A stretch of 30,145 bases of DNA from Candidatus Hermodarchaeota archaeon (lineage in GTDB: Archaea > Asgardarchaeota > Hermodarchaeia > Hermodarchaeales > Hermodarchaeaceae). Shown here in pieces: positions 1 to 7,638 of the stretch. Location of the stretch: assembly GCA_016839365.1 (NCBI GenBank), contig JAEOUH010000066.1, positions 1 through 30,145 of the forward strand, in the 5' to 3' direction. A program made the position numbers and the translations under genes. The notes beneath the pieces were generated by a model. That model was not told the origin of the DNA. It saw only the letters and a program-made list of their open reading frames with translations, and made no database searches. The stretch's first letter is position 1. Each line of letters starts with the position of its first letter.

Positions 1-26
1 ATGGTGAGAATGTGCTGTTTAGGCAT
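1..26 (-). CDS. 5' fragment of a gene running off the window (MPKQHILT...), possibly an FGGY-family carbohydrate kinase
   Basis: ATG at 26..24, 9 nt after the stop of the dehydrogenase. The first residues resemble the FGGY N-terminal strand that precedes 'D.GT', but only 8 full codons are visible. Confidence 0.25.
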
Positions 27-35
27 GCTAACCTC

Positions 36-1043
36 TCATGATTCTGGTTTCAGTACCTCTGGGTTGGCTAAGTATTTGGGCGTTTCTCCTCTCAGGAACC
101 GATCAATATCCTTCGCCAGAATCATGGATTGCCGATAAACAACGTCTTGGGTGTTACCTCCAATGTGAGGTGTCACCGTCACGTTATCGAACTGTAAGAA
201 CCGATTATCTGATCCTACGGGTTCCCGAGAATGCACATCCAACCCTGCACCTGCGATTGTCCGTGACTGAATTGCCTCGAACAGCGCATCTTCATCAATG
301 ATCGCAGATCGAGCTGTGTTGATTAGATGGGCCGAGGGTTTCATCCAGGAGAGCTGCTCTTTACCAATCATCCGGAAGGTTTCGGGTGTCGCCCGCGTGT
401 GAAGAGTCACAAAATCAGACTCACGCATTAAAGGCTCTAATTCCACCTTCTCTGCATTCACTTTCTTGCCTTGGTTTGCATCAACATGCGGATCATAAAA
501 AATAACACGAGTGCCAAACCCCTGTAGCCTGTTAGCTACTCGCCGACCAATCTGCCCTAAACCGATGATGCCAACAGTGCTTCGACCGAGCTCCTGACCC
601 TTGAGTGAATCATAAAGTTTTGTAAAGGCTTCAGCGTTCTCAATCGTAATCTTTCCTGATGCTAAAATGCGATCTGTAGCTATTAGTTTCCTTGCTTGAG
701 CGAGTATAAGGAGGATTGTCAAGTCAGCGACGGAATCAGCATTTCGTCCCGGGGCATAGAAAACCGGTACACCATGAGCTGTGGCTGACTCGATGTCCAC
801 TTCTTTGGGATTGTCGCGGGCACTCCCAATAAATTTCAGGGACAATCCTTCAAAGACTTCGTCAGTAACTGCATCTGCCTCGACGATGGCGGCATCAGCC
901 CTGACGGCTTTGAGTTTTTCCAAGAGGTCTTCACCCCAGTAAACGTGACCACTGGTTCGCCAATCTTCATGGAGGACCGTCCCATGTTCGCTAAGTATTT
1001 TGAGCCCGTCTTCATGGAATGAGGCACTGATGAATATACGCAT
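36..1043 (-). CDS. D-isomer-specific 2-hydroxyacid dehydrogenase (SerA-like, no ACT domain)
   Basis: Rossmann motif GLGQIG, NTARS (catalytic Arg), EP and TPHIGG (catalytic His). Start placed at ATG 1043 behind a GGAAGGAG RBS; the ORF track starts at 1055. Confidence 0.9.
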   Translation of the reverse strand: MRIFISASFHEDGLKILSEHGTVLHEDWRTSGHVYWGEDLLEKLKAVRADAAIVEADAVTDEVFEGLSLKFIGSARDNPKEVDIESATAHGVPVFYAPGRNADSVADLTILLILAQARKLIATDRILASGKITIENAEAFTKLYDSLKGQELGRSTVGIIGLGQIGRRVANRLQGFGTRVIFYDPHVDANQGKKVNAEKVELEPLMRESDFVTLHTRATPETFRMIGKEQLSWMKPSAHLINTARSAIIDEDALFEAIQSRTIAGAGLDVHSREPVGSDNRFLQFDNVTVTPHIGGNTQDVVYRQSMILAKDIDRFLRGETPKYLANPEVLKPES

Positions 1044-1072
1044 GCTCCTTCCCACTCCCTTCTGTAGTAGAA

Positions 1073-1408
1073 TTACATAAGGATTTGGAGTTTCAAGAGA
1101 TCCGTCATACTGCCCTTCGTTTTCAGCTTACCTACAGAATATGCATCAAGGGGACTTAGGCCTCCTTGCATGATGCCGACTAGCGTTCCACTGTCGGTAG
1201 TAACTAGAAGATTCGGTTTCTCTAATTCACCTTCAGCGAAGGGATCCATTACCCCATCATGAATACGAGTGTGAAAACTCGTTTCAAGGTCTGTAAATTT
1301 GAATTGTAATGTTCGGTCAAATCCCTCGAATTTTGATTTGGTATCCGGAGTGTCAAACTTCTCGCGTACACCTTGAAGAACCTGCTTGACCTCTTCTTTC
1401 GTTGCCAT
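1073..1408 (-). CDS. SCP2 sterol/lipid-binding domain protein
   Basis: TLQFKF..., PNLLVTTDS and 'LSPLDAYSVGKLKTKGSMTDLLKL' match the SCP2 C-terminal pattern. Confidence 0.85.
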   Translation of the reverse strand: MATKEEVKQVLQGVREKFDTPDTKSKFEGFDRTLQFKFTDLETSFHTRIHDGVMDPFAEGELEKPNLLVTTDSGTLVGIMQGGLSPLDAYSVGKLKTKGSMTDLLKLQILM

Positions 1409-1498
1409 GAGAAAAACACCTAGTGAACATTGGATTTACAATGTTGGATAAAAACACACTCCCTATTCAGTATTAGAATGCACTCCTTCAAGCTTTGT

Positions 1499-1861
1499 TT
1501 AGCCTGGGAGAAGAGGAACAAGAAGCAAACCGATTAATCCGATAAAGAGGAGCAAAACGCCGGTGACTAGAATCACTAAACCACTTCGTGATTGGTCACT
1601 GCGACGCTCTGAGTAGTGTCGGATAGTATCTCGAGTGACTTGCGGATTCACCGCGTATCGGCCTAATGCTAAAGCCTCAAAGATAGGTGTTTGTAGACAG
1701 GCACCGAAAATGAGCATAATAATGCCAATGAAGAGGGCGATTATCGAGAAGCCAAAAAGCGTCAGAACTTGATAAGCTAGAAAGGAAATGACTACTACCA
1801 AGACTAAGCAAATAACCATTGAGATTGCTAATCTTTTACCAAATGAAAGCCAATCCATCAC
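1499..1861 (-). CDS. Small integral membrane protein (about 3 TM), unknown function
   Basis: Three hydrophobic segments; fills the gap between co-oriented genes. Confidence 0.7.
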   Translation of the reverse strand: MMDWLSFGKRLAISMVICLVLVVVISFLAYQVLTLFGFSIIALFIGIIMLIFGACLQTPIFEALALGRYAVNPQVTRDTIRHYSERRSDQSRSGLVILVTGVLLLFIGLIGLLLVPLLPG

Positions 1862-1903
1862 TGAACCTCAACTAAAGAAGATGAATTCATGGCTAAAAAG
1901 TCA

Positions 1904-1912
1904 CGGTGTACA
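1904..1912 (-). promoter_or_regulatory. Putative operator TGTACACCG (reverse orientation)
   Basis: CGGTGTACA is the reverse complement of the 9-mer at 3607 and 5576; intergenic. Confidence 0.5.
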
Positions 1913-1950
1913 GAATTTTTTGTGAAATTAAGATATTTTAAAATGAAATA

Positions 1951-2787
1951 TCAATGGTGACCACACTTGTGTGTATACGTCTCTCGAGCACGGGCTTCTT
2001 GGTCCTTGTAGGTATCTAGTCGAGTAATCAGCAAATCGAAATTAACTTCGTGACCATTGAACTCTGGACCATCTACACAAGCAAATTTCATCTCTCCACC
2101 GACATCCACTCGGCAAGCGCCACACATACCTGTCCCGTCAACCATAATTGGATTGAGGCTGCATTCGGTTTTGATTCCAAAAGGCTTAGTTGTTTCAGCA
2201 ACGAATTTCATCATGATTGGCGGTCCGACGGTAAAGACATAATTGATTTTTCGATTAGATTCAAGCAATTCCTTAAGCTTCGTGGTTACAAATCCTTTCG
2301 AACCTTTAGACCCATCATCAGTGGTTATATACAATTCATCACTGATTTGATTGAGTTCGAGTTCACAAACTAATAGATCATCCTGTCGGGCACCAAGAAT
2401 AGTGATAAGGTAATTTCCCGCATCTTTGATTTGGCGAGCCCGTGGAAGGGCAGGTGCTGCCCCACAGCCACCAGCTACCACCACGGCAGTTCCATACTGT
2501 TCTACAGTGGGAGCATGACCCAAAGGACCAAGAATATCTTTGATAACGTCACCTGGCTTCAGTTTGGCTAACTCCATTGTGGATTTGCCGAGAACTTGGA
2601 AGACAATGGTTACCGATCCTTTTTCGCTATCCCAATCTTTGAAGGTAAGGGGGATACGTTCACCCTGATCATGTAATCGCAGAATTAAGAACTGCCCTGG
2701 TTGGGCTTTAGCCGCGATATCCGATGCTTCTATATCAAATTCGAAGATATCAGAGGCGATTTTACGAGTCGATAACACCTTGAACAT
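1951..2787 (-). CDS. NfnA/SudB-type FAD/NAD-binding [2Fe-2S] oxidoreductase small subunit
   Basis: PGQF...GERIPLT, GPLG, GGCG, TDDGS, GPPIMMK and MVDGTGMCGACRV...FACVDGPEF (Asp plus three Cys cluster ligands). Confidence 0.92.
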   Translation of the reverse strand: MFKVLSTRKIASDIFEFDIEASDIAAKAQPGQFLILRLHDQGERIPLTFKDWDSEKGSVTIVFQVLGKSTMELAKLKPGDVIKDILGPLGHAPTVEQYGTAVVVAGGCGAAPALPRARQIKDAGNYLITILGARQDDLLVCELELNQISDELYITTDDGSKGSKGFVTTKLKELLESNRKINYVFTVGPPIMMKFVAETTKPFGIKTECSLNPIMVDGTGMCGACRVDVGGEMKFACVDGPEFNGHEVNFDLLITRLDTYKDQEARARETYTHKCGHH

Positions 2788-2854
2788 GTATACAACCCCT
2801 TAACTTGGAACAGAGTACAAAGTGGCGGAATACTAGAAACGGTATAAAGATTCC

Positions 2855-3583
2855 TCACACATCAATAGAGATTTTCAGACCATCAACGGTGTAAGGGTAC
2901 GATTCATATGTTTTGGGATTGTATCGACCACCCGCTTTTTTAACGCGTATCAGCCGTTGATTATTTTCTCGATTCAGTTCGACGACAACCTGGGTGGTGT
3001 GTTCAATTGCTGCAAGGAACTCTTTATTATGAGCATGTCTGTTGATCGTCCAATAGGCTAATGTCTTATATGCGTACAGGGCGGGGCAGATATGTCCAAA
3101 AAGGCTCCGGGCACTCTCCTCTCCCCACAGGATTTCCATCGCTGTGAGACTATTTATCACAAGGCGGGTTCCATCACCGATAAACTCCCTCTCGATACGT
3201 CCAAAAAAGTGGTGAAACCTTTCAACTTCTCGTGACATAGGGACTTTGCGAATCCAAGATGGAGATTTATCGTAAAAATCAGTAAAAACTAGTTCCCCGC
3301 GACCTCCTGATTCTGAAAAGCAATCTAACACTAAGAGATGGTTCTCCCAACCGGAAGAGAGAGAACTAATCAAAGGCTTTAGAAAAAGTAACAAAGCTTG
3401 TGGCGGATATATGAAGTCCAGATAAATTACTTGCTTCTTTTCTTCAATTCCTTGTCGTAAGAAGTTTTGTAGAAATTCGTTGACGAAGGTTCCAGTTTCA
3501 TATTCCAAAACAACGTTTTCTCCAAGGATAAGTCCTTCACCAAGAATTTCATCAAATTTTGGAATGCCTGTTGAACTGCGCAT
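2855..3583 (-). CDS. Single-domain KaiC/RAD55-like protein with degenerate Walker A and B
   Basis: N-terminal STGIPKFDEILGEG and C-terminal RLIRVKK are KaiC-like. The P-loop position reads EYETGTFVNE (no GKT/S) and the Walker B position reads LVINSL. Confidence 0.8.
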   Translation of the reverse strand: MRSSTGIPKFDEILGEGLILGENVVLEYETGTFVNEFLQNFLRQGIEEKKQVIYLDFIYPPQALLLFLKPLISSLSSGWENHLLVLDCFSESGGRGELVFTDFYDKSPSWIRKVPMSREVERFHHFFGRIEREFIGDGTRLVINSLTAMEILWGEESARSLFGHICPALYAYKTLAYWTINRHAHNKEFLAAIEHTTQVVVELNRENNQRLIRVKKAGGRYNPKTYESYPYTVDGLKISIDV

Positions 3584-3603
3584 GAATACTCAACACTTCC
3601 AAT

Positions 3604-3688
3604 GATTGTACACCGCGAATTAAATGTTTGATTGTTGTTTGATGTACATTCATGTACAAAATGAACATAAGCTTTGAATAGTTGAACA
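3604..3688. promoter_or_regulatory. Divergent promoter region with an array of TGTACA/TGAACA boxes
   Basis: TGTACA at 3607, 3643 and 3653; TGAACA at 3662 and 3683. GATTGTACACCG (3604-3615) is identical to 5573-5584. Confidence 0.7.
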
Positions 3689-3700
3689 CTATACTCTATC

Positions 3701-3735
3701 TTAACCAGGTGAAGTCACATGCTTAACCTGGTTGA
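3701..3735 (+). promoter_or_regulatory. Inverted repeat covering the gdh RBS and start codon
   Basis: TTAACCAGGTGAAGT-CACAT-GCTTAACCTGGTTGA forms a 15-position stem with one mismatch and two G-U pairs. The SD AGGTGA (3707-3712) lies in the stem. Confidence 0.5.
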
Positions 3736-5497
3736 ATTAACACCAATTGAATTGGGCTTGCAGAAGTTAATGGTCGACTTCTTCGCTGATAAGCCTGAGT
3801 ATACAGCCGGACTGGATCAGTTCACATCCGTTCATTATGCCTTAATGACGGCATTATCTGAAAATTATAAGGTTCCCTTTGCGACAACATCAACGATTTT
3901 CGAACAACTTGCCGTGAAGATTCATCGGGCTGAATATGTAAATGTCGAATGTCCTGATGAGCCATTAGGAAATGATTGCCTTACCCGTCAAGAACTTCAA
4001 ATTCTGGGTGCCATGTTTGATTACTTCGCTGAACAACCTTCACATGTTGAGGCCAGCCTTCTCGCAAATCGTCGTGAAGCCTTTATAGATTATTTCAAAT
4101 GGATTCACGGTGGTGATATTGAAGAAATCTCATCCTCCTGTGGCAATGTGATTGATCGATTACAGAAGGCAGTTTCTGCTACAATCCAAACTCTTGATTC
4201 AGTTACGCCCACTCCGAATCCATATGAAGCGGCTCTTGAACAACTGGATCTCGCTGCCGAAAAGTTGGGATTAGACCCAGCCATTCATGAGGTGTTGCGT
4301 CATCCACAGAGAATTCTCATCGTAAATATCCCAGTTCGCATGGACGATGGAAACGTTCGTGTTTTCACTGGATATCGTTCCCAGTACAATGATGCACTGG
4401 GACCTACGAAAGGGGGGATTCGATATCATCCTGATACAACACTCGATGAAGTAATTGCCTTATCGGCATGGATGACCTTCAAAACTGCTGTCGTGGGCTT
4501 ACCTTTGGGTGGCGGTAAAGGCGGGATACGGTGTAACCCCAAAGAAATGTCATTGAGCGAGCTTGAACGTTTAACCCGTGGATATACTAGAGAAATGGTT
4601 CGATTTATTGGTCCTCAGACAGATGTCCCTGCGCCTGACGTGTATACAGATGCACAAACGATGGCGTGGATAATGGACGAATATGCCGAATGCACTGGTC
4701 TTTATTGTCCGGGTGTGGTTACAGGAAAACCGGTGGGGATTGGCGGCTCGAAAGGTCGAGAGGAAGCAACCTCACTGGGATTAGTCTTCACTGTTATTGA
4801 AGCAGTACAGGAACTCGGAATTCCCCTTAACGAAACCCGAGTAGTTGTTCAAGGTTTTGGAAATGTTGGCTTTAACGCCGCACAAATTCTATATGAGCGG
4901 GGCTGTAAAATCATCGCTGTTTCTGATTCCCAGGGAGGTATATTCAACCCCGACGGGCTAGATCCTGAGCAGGTAAAAGAACACAAGAAACAGTCCGGTT
5001 CAGTGATTGGCTACAAGGACTCTATTCAAATCAGTAATCATGATATTTTGGAACTTGATTGTGATATCCTGATTCCAGCTGCTTTGGAAAATGTCATTAC
5101 TGCTGAAAACGCCCCTAGAATCAAAGCGAAGATTATTGCTGAGGGAGCAAATGGCCCCACAACACCTGAAGCTGATGTAATCATCCACCAACAGAAAATC
5201 TTCCTTATCCCCGATATTCTCGCAAATGCTGGAGGTGTTACGGTCAGCTACTTCGAAATGGTTCAGAATCAAATCAATTACTTTTGGACTATAGAAGAAG
5301 TTCATAGCAAGCTCAAACAGATCATGCAAACTGCATTTCACGATGTGCTGGTGCTTTCAAAAGAACATGATGTTCCAATGCGTATTGCGGCCTATATGCT
5401 TGCCTTGAGCCGTATCAGCTATGCAATGCAGATGAGAAGACGTTCATCTACTAAAGAACGCGCTAAACCCCCTAAACAAAGAATCTTGAAAACCTAA
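3719..5497 (+). CDS. gdhA: Glutamate dehydrogenase (Glu/Leu/Phe/Val family) with an N-terminal extension of about 165 aa
   Basis: GPTKGGIRYHP, MTFK..LPLGGGKGG, DVPAPD, VTGKP, QGFGNVG, EGANGP and NAGGVTVSYFE are all intact. SD AGGTGA precedes ATG 3719. Confidence 0.95.
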   Translation: MLNLVELTPIELGLQKLMVDFFADKPEYTAGLDQFTSVHYALMTALSENYKVPFATTSTIFEQLAVKIHRAEYVNVECPDEPLGNDCLTRQELQILGAMFDYFAEQPSHVEASLLANRREAFIDYFKWIHGGDIEEISSSCGNVIDRLQKAVSATIQTLDSVTPTPNPYEAALEQLDLAAEKLGLDPAIHEVLRHPQRILIVNIPVRMDDGNVRVFTGYRSQYNDALGPTKGGIRYHPDTTLDEVIALSAWMTFKTAVVGLPLGGGKGGIRCNPKEMSLSELERLTRGYTREMVRFIGPQTDVPAPDVYTDAQTMAWIMDEYAECTGLYCPGVVTGKPVGIGGSKGREEATSLGLVFTVIEAVQELGIPLNETRVVVQGFGNVGFNAAQILYERGCKIIAVSDSQGGIFNPDGLDPEQVKEHKKQSGSVIGYKDSIQISNHDILELDCDILIPAALENVITAENAPRIKAKIIAEGANGPTTPEADVIIHQQKIFLIPDILANAGGVTVSYFEMVQNQINYFWTIEEVHSKLKQIMQTAFHDVLVLSKEHDVPMRIAAYMLALSRISYAMQMRRRSSTKERAKPPKQRILKT

Positions 5498-5533
5498 AAG
5501 GCAGTCAATCACTGCCTTTCCCTTTCTTATTTT
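5497..5533 (+). terminator. Hairpin plus pyrimidine tract after gdh
   Basis: AAAGGCAGT-CAATC-ACTGCCTTT (perfect 9-bp stem, 5497-5519) followed by CCCTTTCTTATTTT. Confidence 0.6.
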
Positions 5534-5545
5534 CTGGTTCCCTAG

Positions 5546-5584
5546 CGTACATAATGTACAAGATTAATAAACGATTGTACACCG
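5546..5584 (+). promoter_or_regulatory. Promoter of the RHH regulator, with GTACA boxes flanking a TATA-like element
   Basis: CGTACA at 5546, TGTACA at 5555, ATTAATAA at 5563-5570, GATTGTACACCG at 5573-5584. Confidence 0.7.
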
Positions 5585-5605
5585 ATTGAAATTTAGGGAA
5601 CATCA

Positions 5606-7537
5606 ATGTCGGTGCATATTCACACAACCATCCCCAAAAAAACTGGAGCAATTTTAGATGAATTGGCGGGAACCTACGGAACCAAAAGTCGTGTTATTGA
5701 AACGGCTTTAGAGACGTTACTTCGTGTTGATAAGGTGGGGTCTTGCGATGATTGCCAATTAAAGGCTCAAATCGAAGAAGAAATCAAACTCCGAGAATCC
5801 CTAGAGCTAGCCTCAATTCGTCGAGACTTGCTGGATGAGCTTCTAAAAATTGCGTTAGCAGATAAAACATTTGAAGAATTCATTCAATGGCAGCAAAATG
5901 AGGTTCAGAATACGATAGAACTAATTCAGAGTACCATCCATTGGAAATCCCCCACCCAATTTCGTGAATTTCTTGCGGTGATTGACCAAATCAGTAAGAC
6001 AACGAGGGCGTTTGAAATTGCTTCTCACCGAGAAACGGATAACATGGTTGTGTTACGGCCCTTGGTTTTTGTTAGCTTACCCGAATTGGTTGCTTTACAA
6101 CTCACGATTGTACTTGAAGGGATTGGCTGTCATTTTGATCTTCGATTTATGCGTAAAGAAATCATTATCAAAATGCTTAGAAGAGATTTATCAACTATCC
6201 GACGCACTGACCCCATGCAACTCGTTCTTCAAAGCCTGCAGGAGAAGTTAAGCAGCCTTCGACCGGCACTCTTTAAGGACCAACTTGCTTTGGTTGGACC
6301 AGCATTCTTGAAATGGGCGACGAAGAACCTTGAAGGCTCGGTTACGGACTTAGGGACTGCTATAGAAGATATCCAGTTATTTCTGAAACCCAAAGAACTA
6401 TCTGATGTACCCCAAGAATTCATGCGAGGATTACTCGAAGCTGTTCGAGGAATGAATTGGATTTCACAATTTAAAATTAAAATCGAGTCCAACAACCAAT
6501 GCCATATCACCTTTCAAGCAACCTCTCCACCTATCGCAAATATCACAACAGTATACCTTGCCATTATTTTGGCGACGCGTGGATGGAAACTCATCCGACA
6601 CTCAACTGAATACAATAATGGCTCCCTAATCGTGGAATTAGCAGGAGAAGGGGCTCAAAATATTTTAGACCAGCTGAGTGATTTGAATCTTTATGGCGTG
6701 GTAAATGAGCAGTTCCTTGATTCCATTCCAGTCCCCCGAGAATTATACGAAACTTTCGCTATCAAAATATATGATAGTGATCGGCGACGATTTGAAGAAA
6801 TCTATAGAAACATGGGCTTTCGAGTCGCAAATGCAATTCGTATGCTAGGTAACAATGATGATTCGCGCATACTGCAACTCATTCAAATGTTTATCGAAAA
6901 GAATGTTCACCAATCTCAACCCAATGCTGACGTTCGCTTTGTCGATGATGAAAATTTCTCGATAGTCTTCAAGAAAATGAATGTAGTGATATTAGCTAGC
7001 CAACGATTAATCATTGGGGCGATGCTTGAAGCATTGGGGTATCAGGTCTCATTTACAGAATTTCAAAACCTACTGAATGTTGTGATGAAGAAAATTGACA
7101 AACCCTTTCTGAGCCCACTTCATCGAAGAGAAGTCGTCCAGATGGTGAGTGACGCTATTGCAGCGGATTCAGCGAAGAGCGCCCTTAACCAGGTGAAACC
7201 AACCTTAGATGATCTATTCCCTCTGGAATATCCTTGGACGATTCATGAAATTGGAGACCGGCTCTTAGAAATGTATCGTGAGTTGGGAATACAGGTAGAA
7301 GTCGAGTACTTCGAAGGTGGATTTACGCTCAAATACCGCACTTGCCCCTATTACAAGCTAGTGAAAAATGATCAAAAGACCTGGCTCTGTACCTTCCGTA
7401 AAAAAGCCATCGAGTACATTCTTTCACGCGTTACAAAGACCGGAAAAGGACGGATTAGGGTGATTAAATCGCTTGTTCAAGATGGTACACATCCCTGCGA
7501 ATATGCAGTTTTCTTAGAAGAATTTCTAGCAACCTAG
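5606..7537 (+). CDS. Putative transcription regulator: N-terminal ribbon-helix-helix, CxxC, then repeated V4R-like alpha/beta domains
   Basis: VHIHTTIP..TGAILDELA...TKSRVIETALE fits the RHH strand-helix-helix pattern. SCDDC follows. The C-terminal TCPY...WLC...HPCEY is a V4R-type three-Cys arrangement. Confidence 0.7.
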   Translation: MSVHIHTTIPKKTGAILDELAGTYGTKSRVIETALETLLRVDKVGSCDDCQLKAQIEEEIKLRESLELASIRRDLLDELLKIALADKTFEEFIQWQQNEVQNTIELIQSTIHWKSPTQFREFLAVIDQISKTTRAFEIASHRETDNMVVLRPLVFVSLPELVALQLTIVLEGIGCHFDLRFMRKEIIIKMLRRDLSTIRRTDPMQLVLQSLQEKLSSLRPALFKDQLALVGPAFLKWATKNLEGSVTDLGTAIEDIQLFLKPKELSDVPQEFMRGLLEAVRGMNWISQFKIKIESNNQCHITFQATSPPIANITTVYLAIILATRGWKLIRHSTEYNNGSLIVELAGEGAQNILDQLSDLNLYGVVNEQFLDSIPVPRELYETFAIKIYDSDRRRFEEIYRNMGFRVANAIRMLGNNDDSRILQLIQMFIEKNVHQSQPNADVRFVDDENFSIVFKKMNVVILASQRLIIGAMLEALGYQVSFTEFQNLLNVVMKKIDKPFLSPLHRREVVQMVSDAIAADSAKSALNQVKPTLDDLFPLEYPWTIHEIGDRLLEMYRELGIQVEVEYFEGGFTLKYRTCPYYKLVKNDQKTWLCTFRKKAIEYILSRVTKTGKGRIRVIKSLVQDGTHPCEYAVFLEEFLAT

Positions 7538-7638
7538 TTGGAGAAAGGGAAATCTTGTGTTCCGAATTCAATTGTATAAACAAAGCGTGTTCAATGTGGG
7601 AAATTTCATAGATTAAGGGAATTAAGGAGGATTCGCTG

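Noticed and set aside
2855-3583. Circadian KaiC or RadB assignment
   Set aside because: Single domain with lost Walker motifs and no kaiB nearby; only a fold-level call is supportable.
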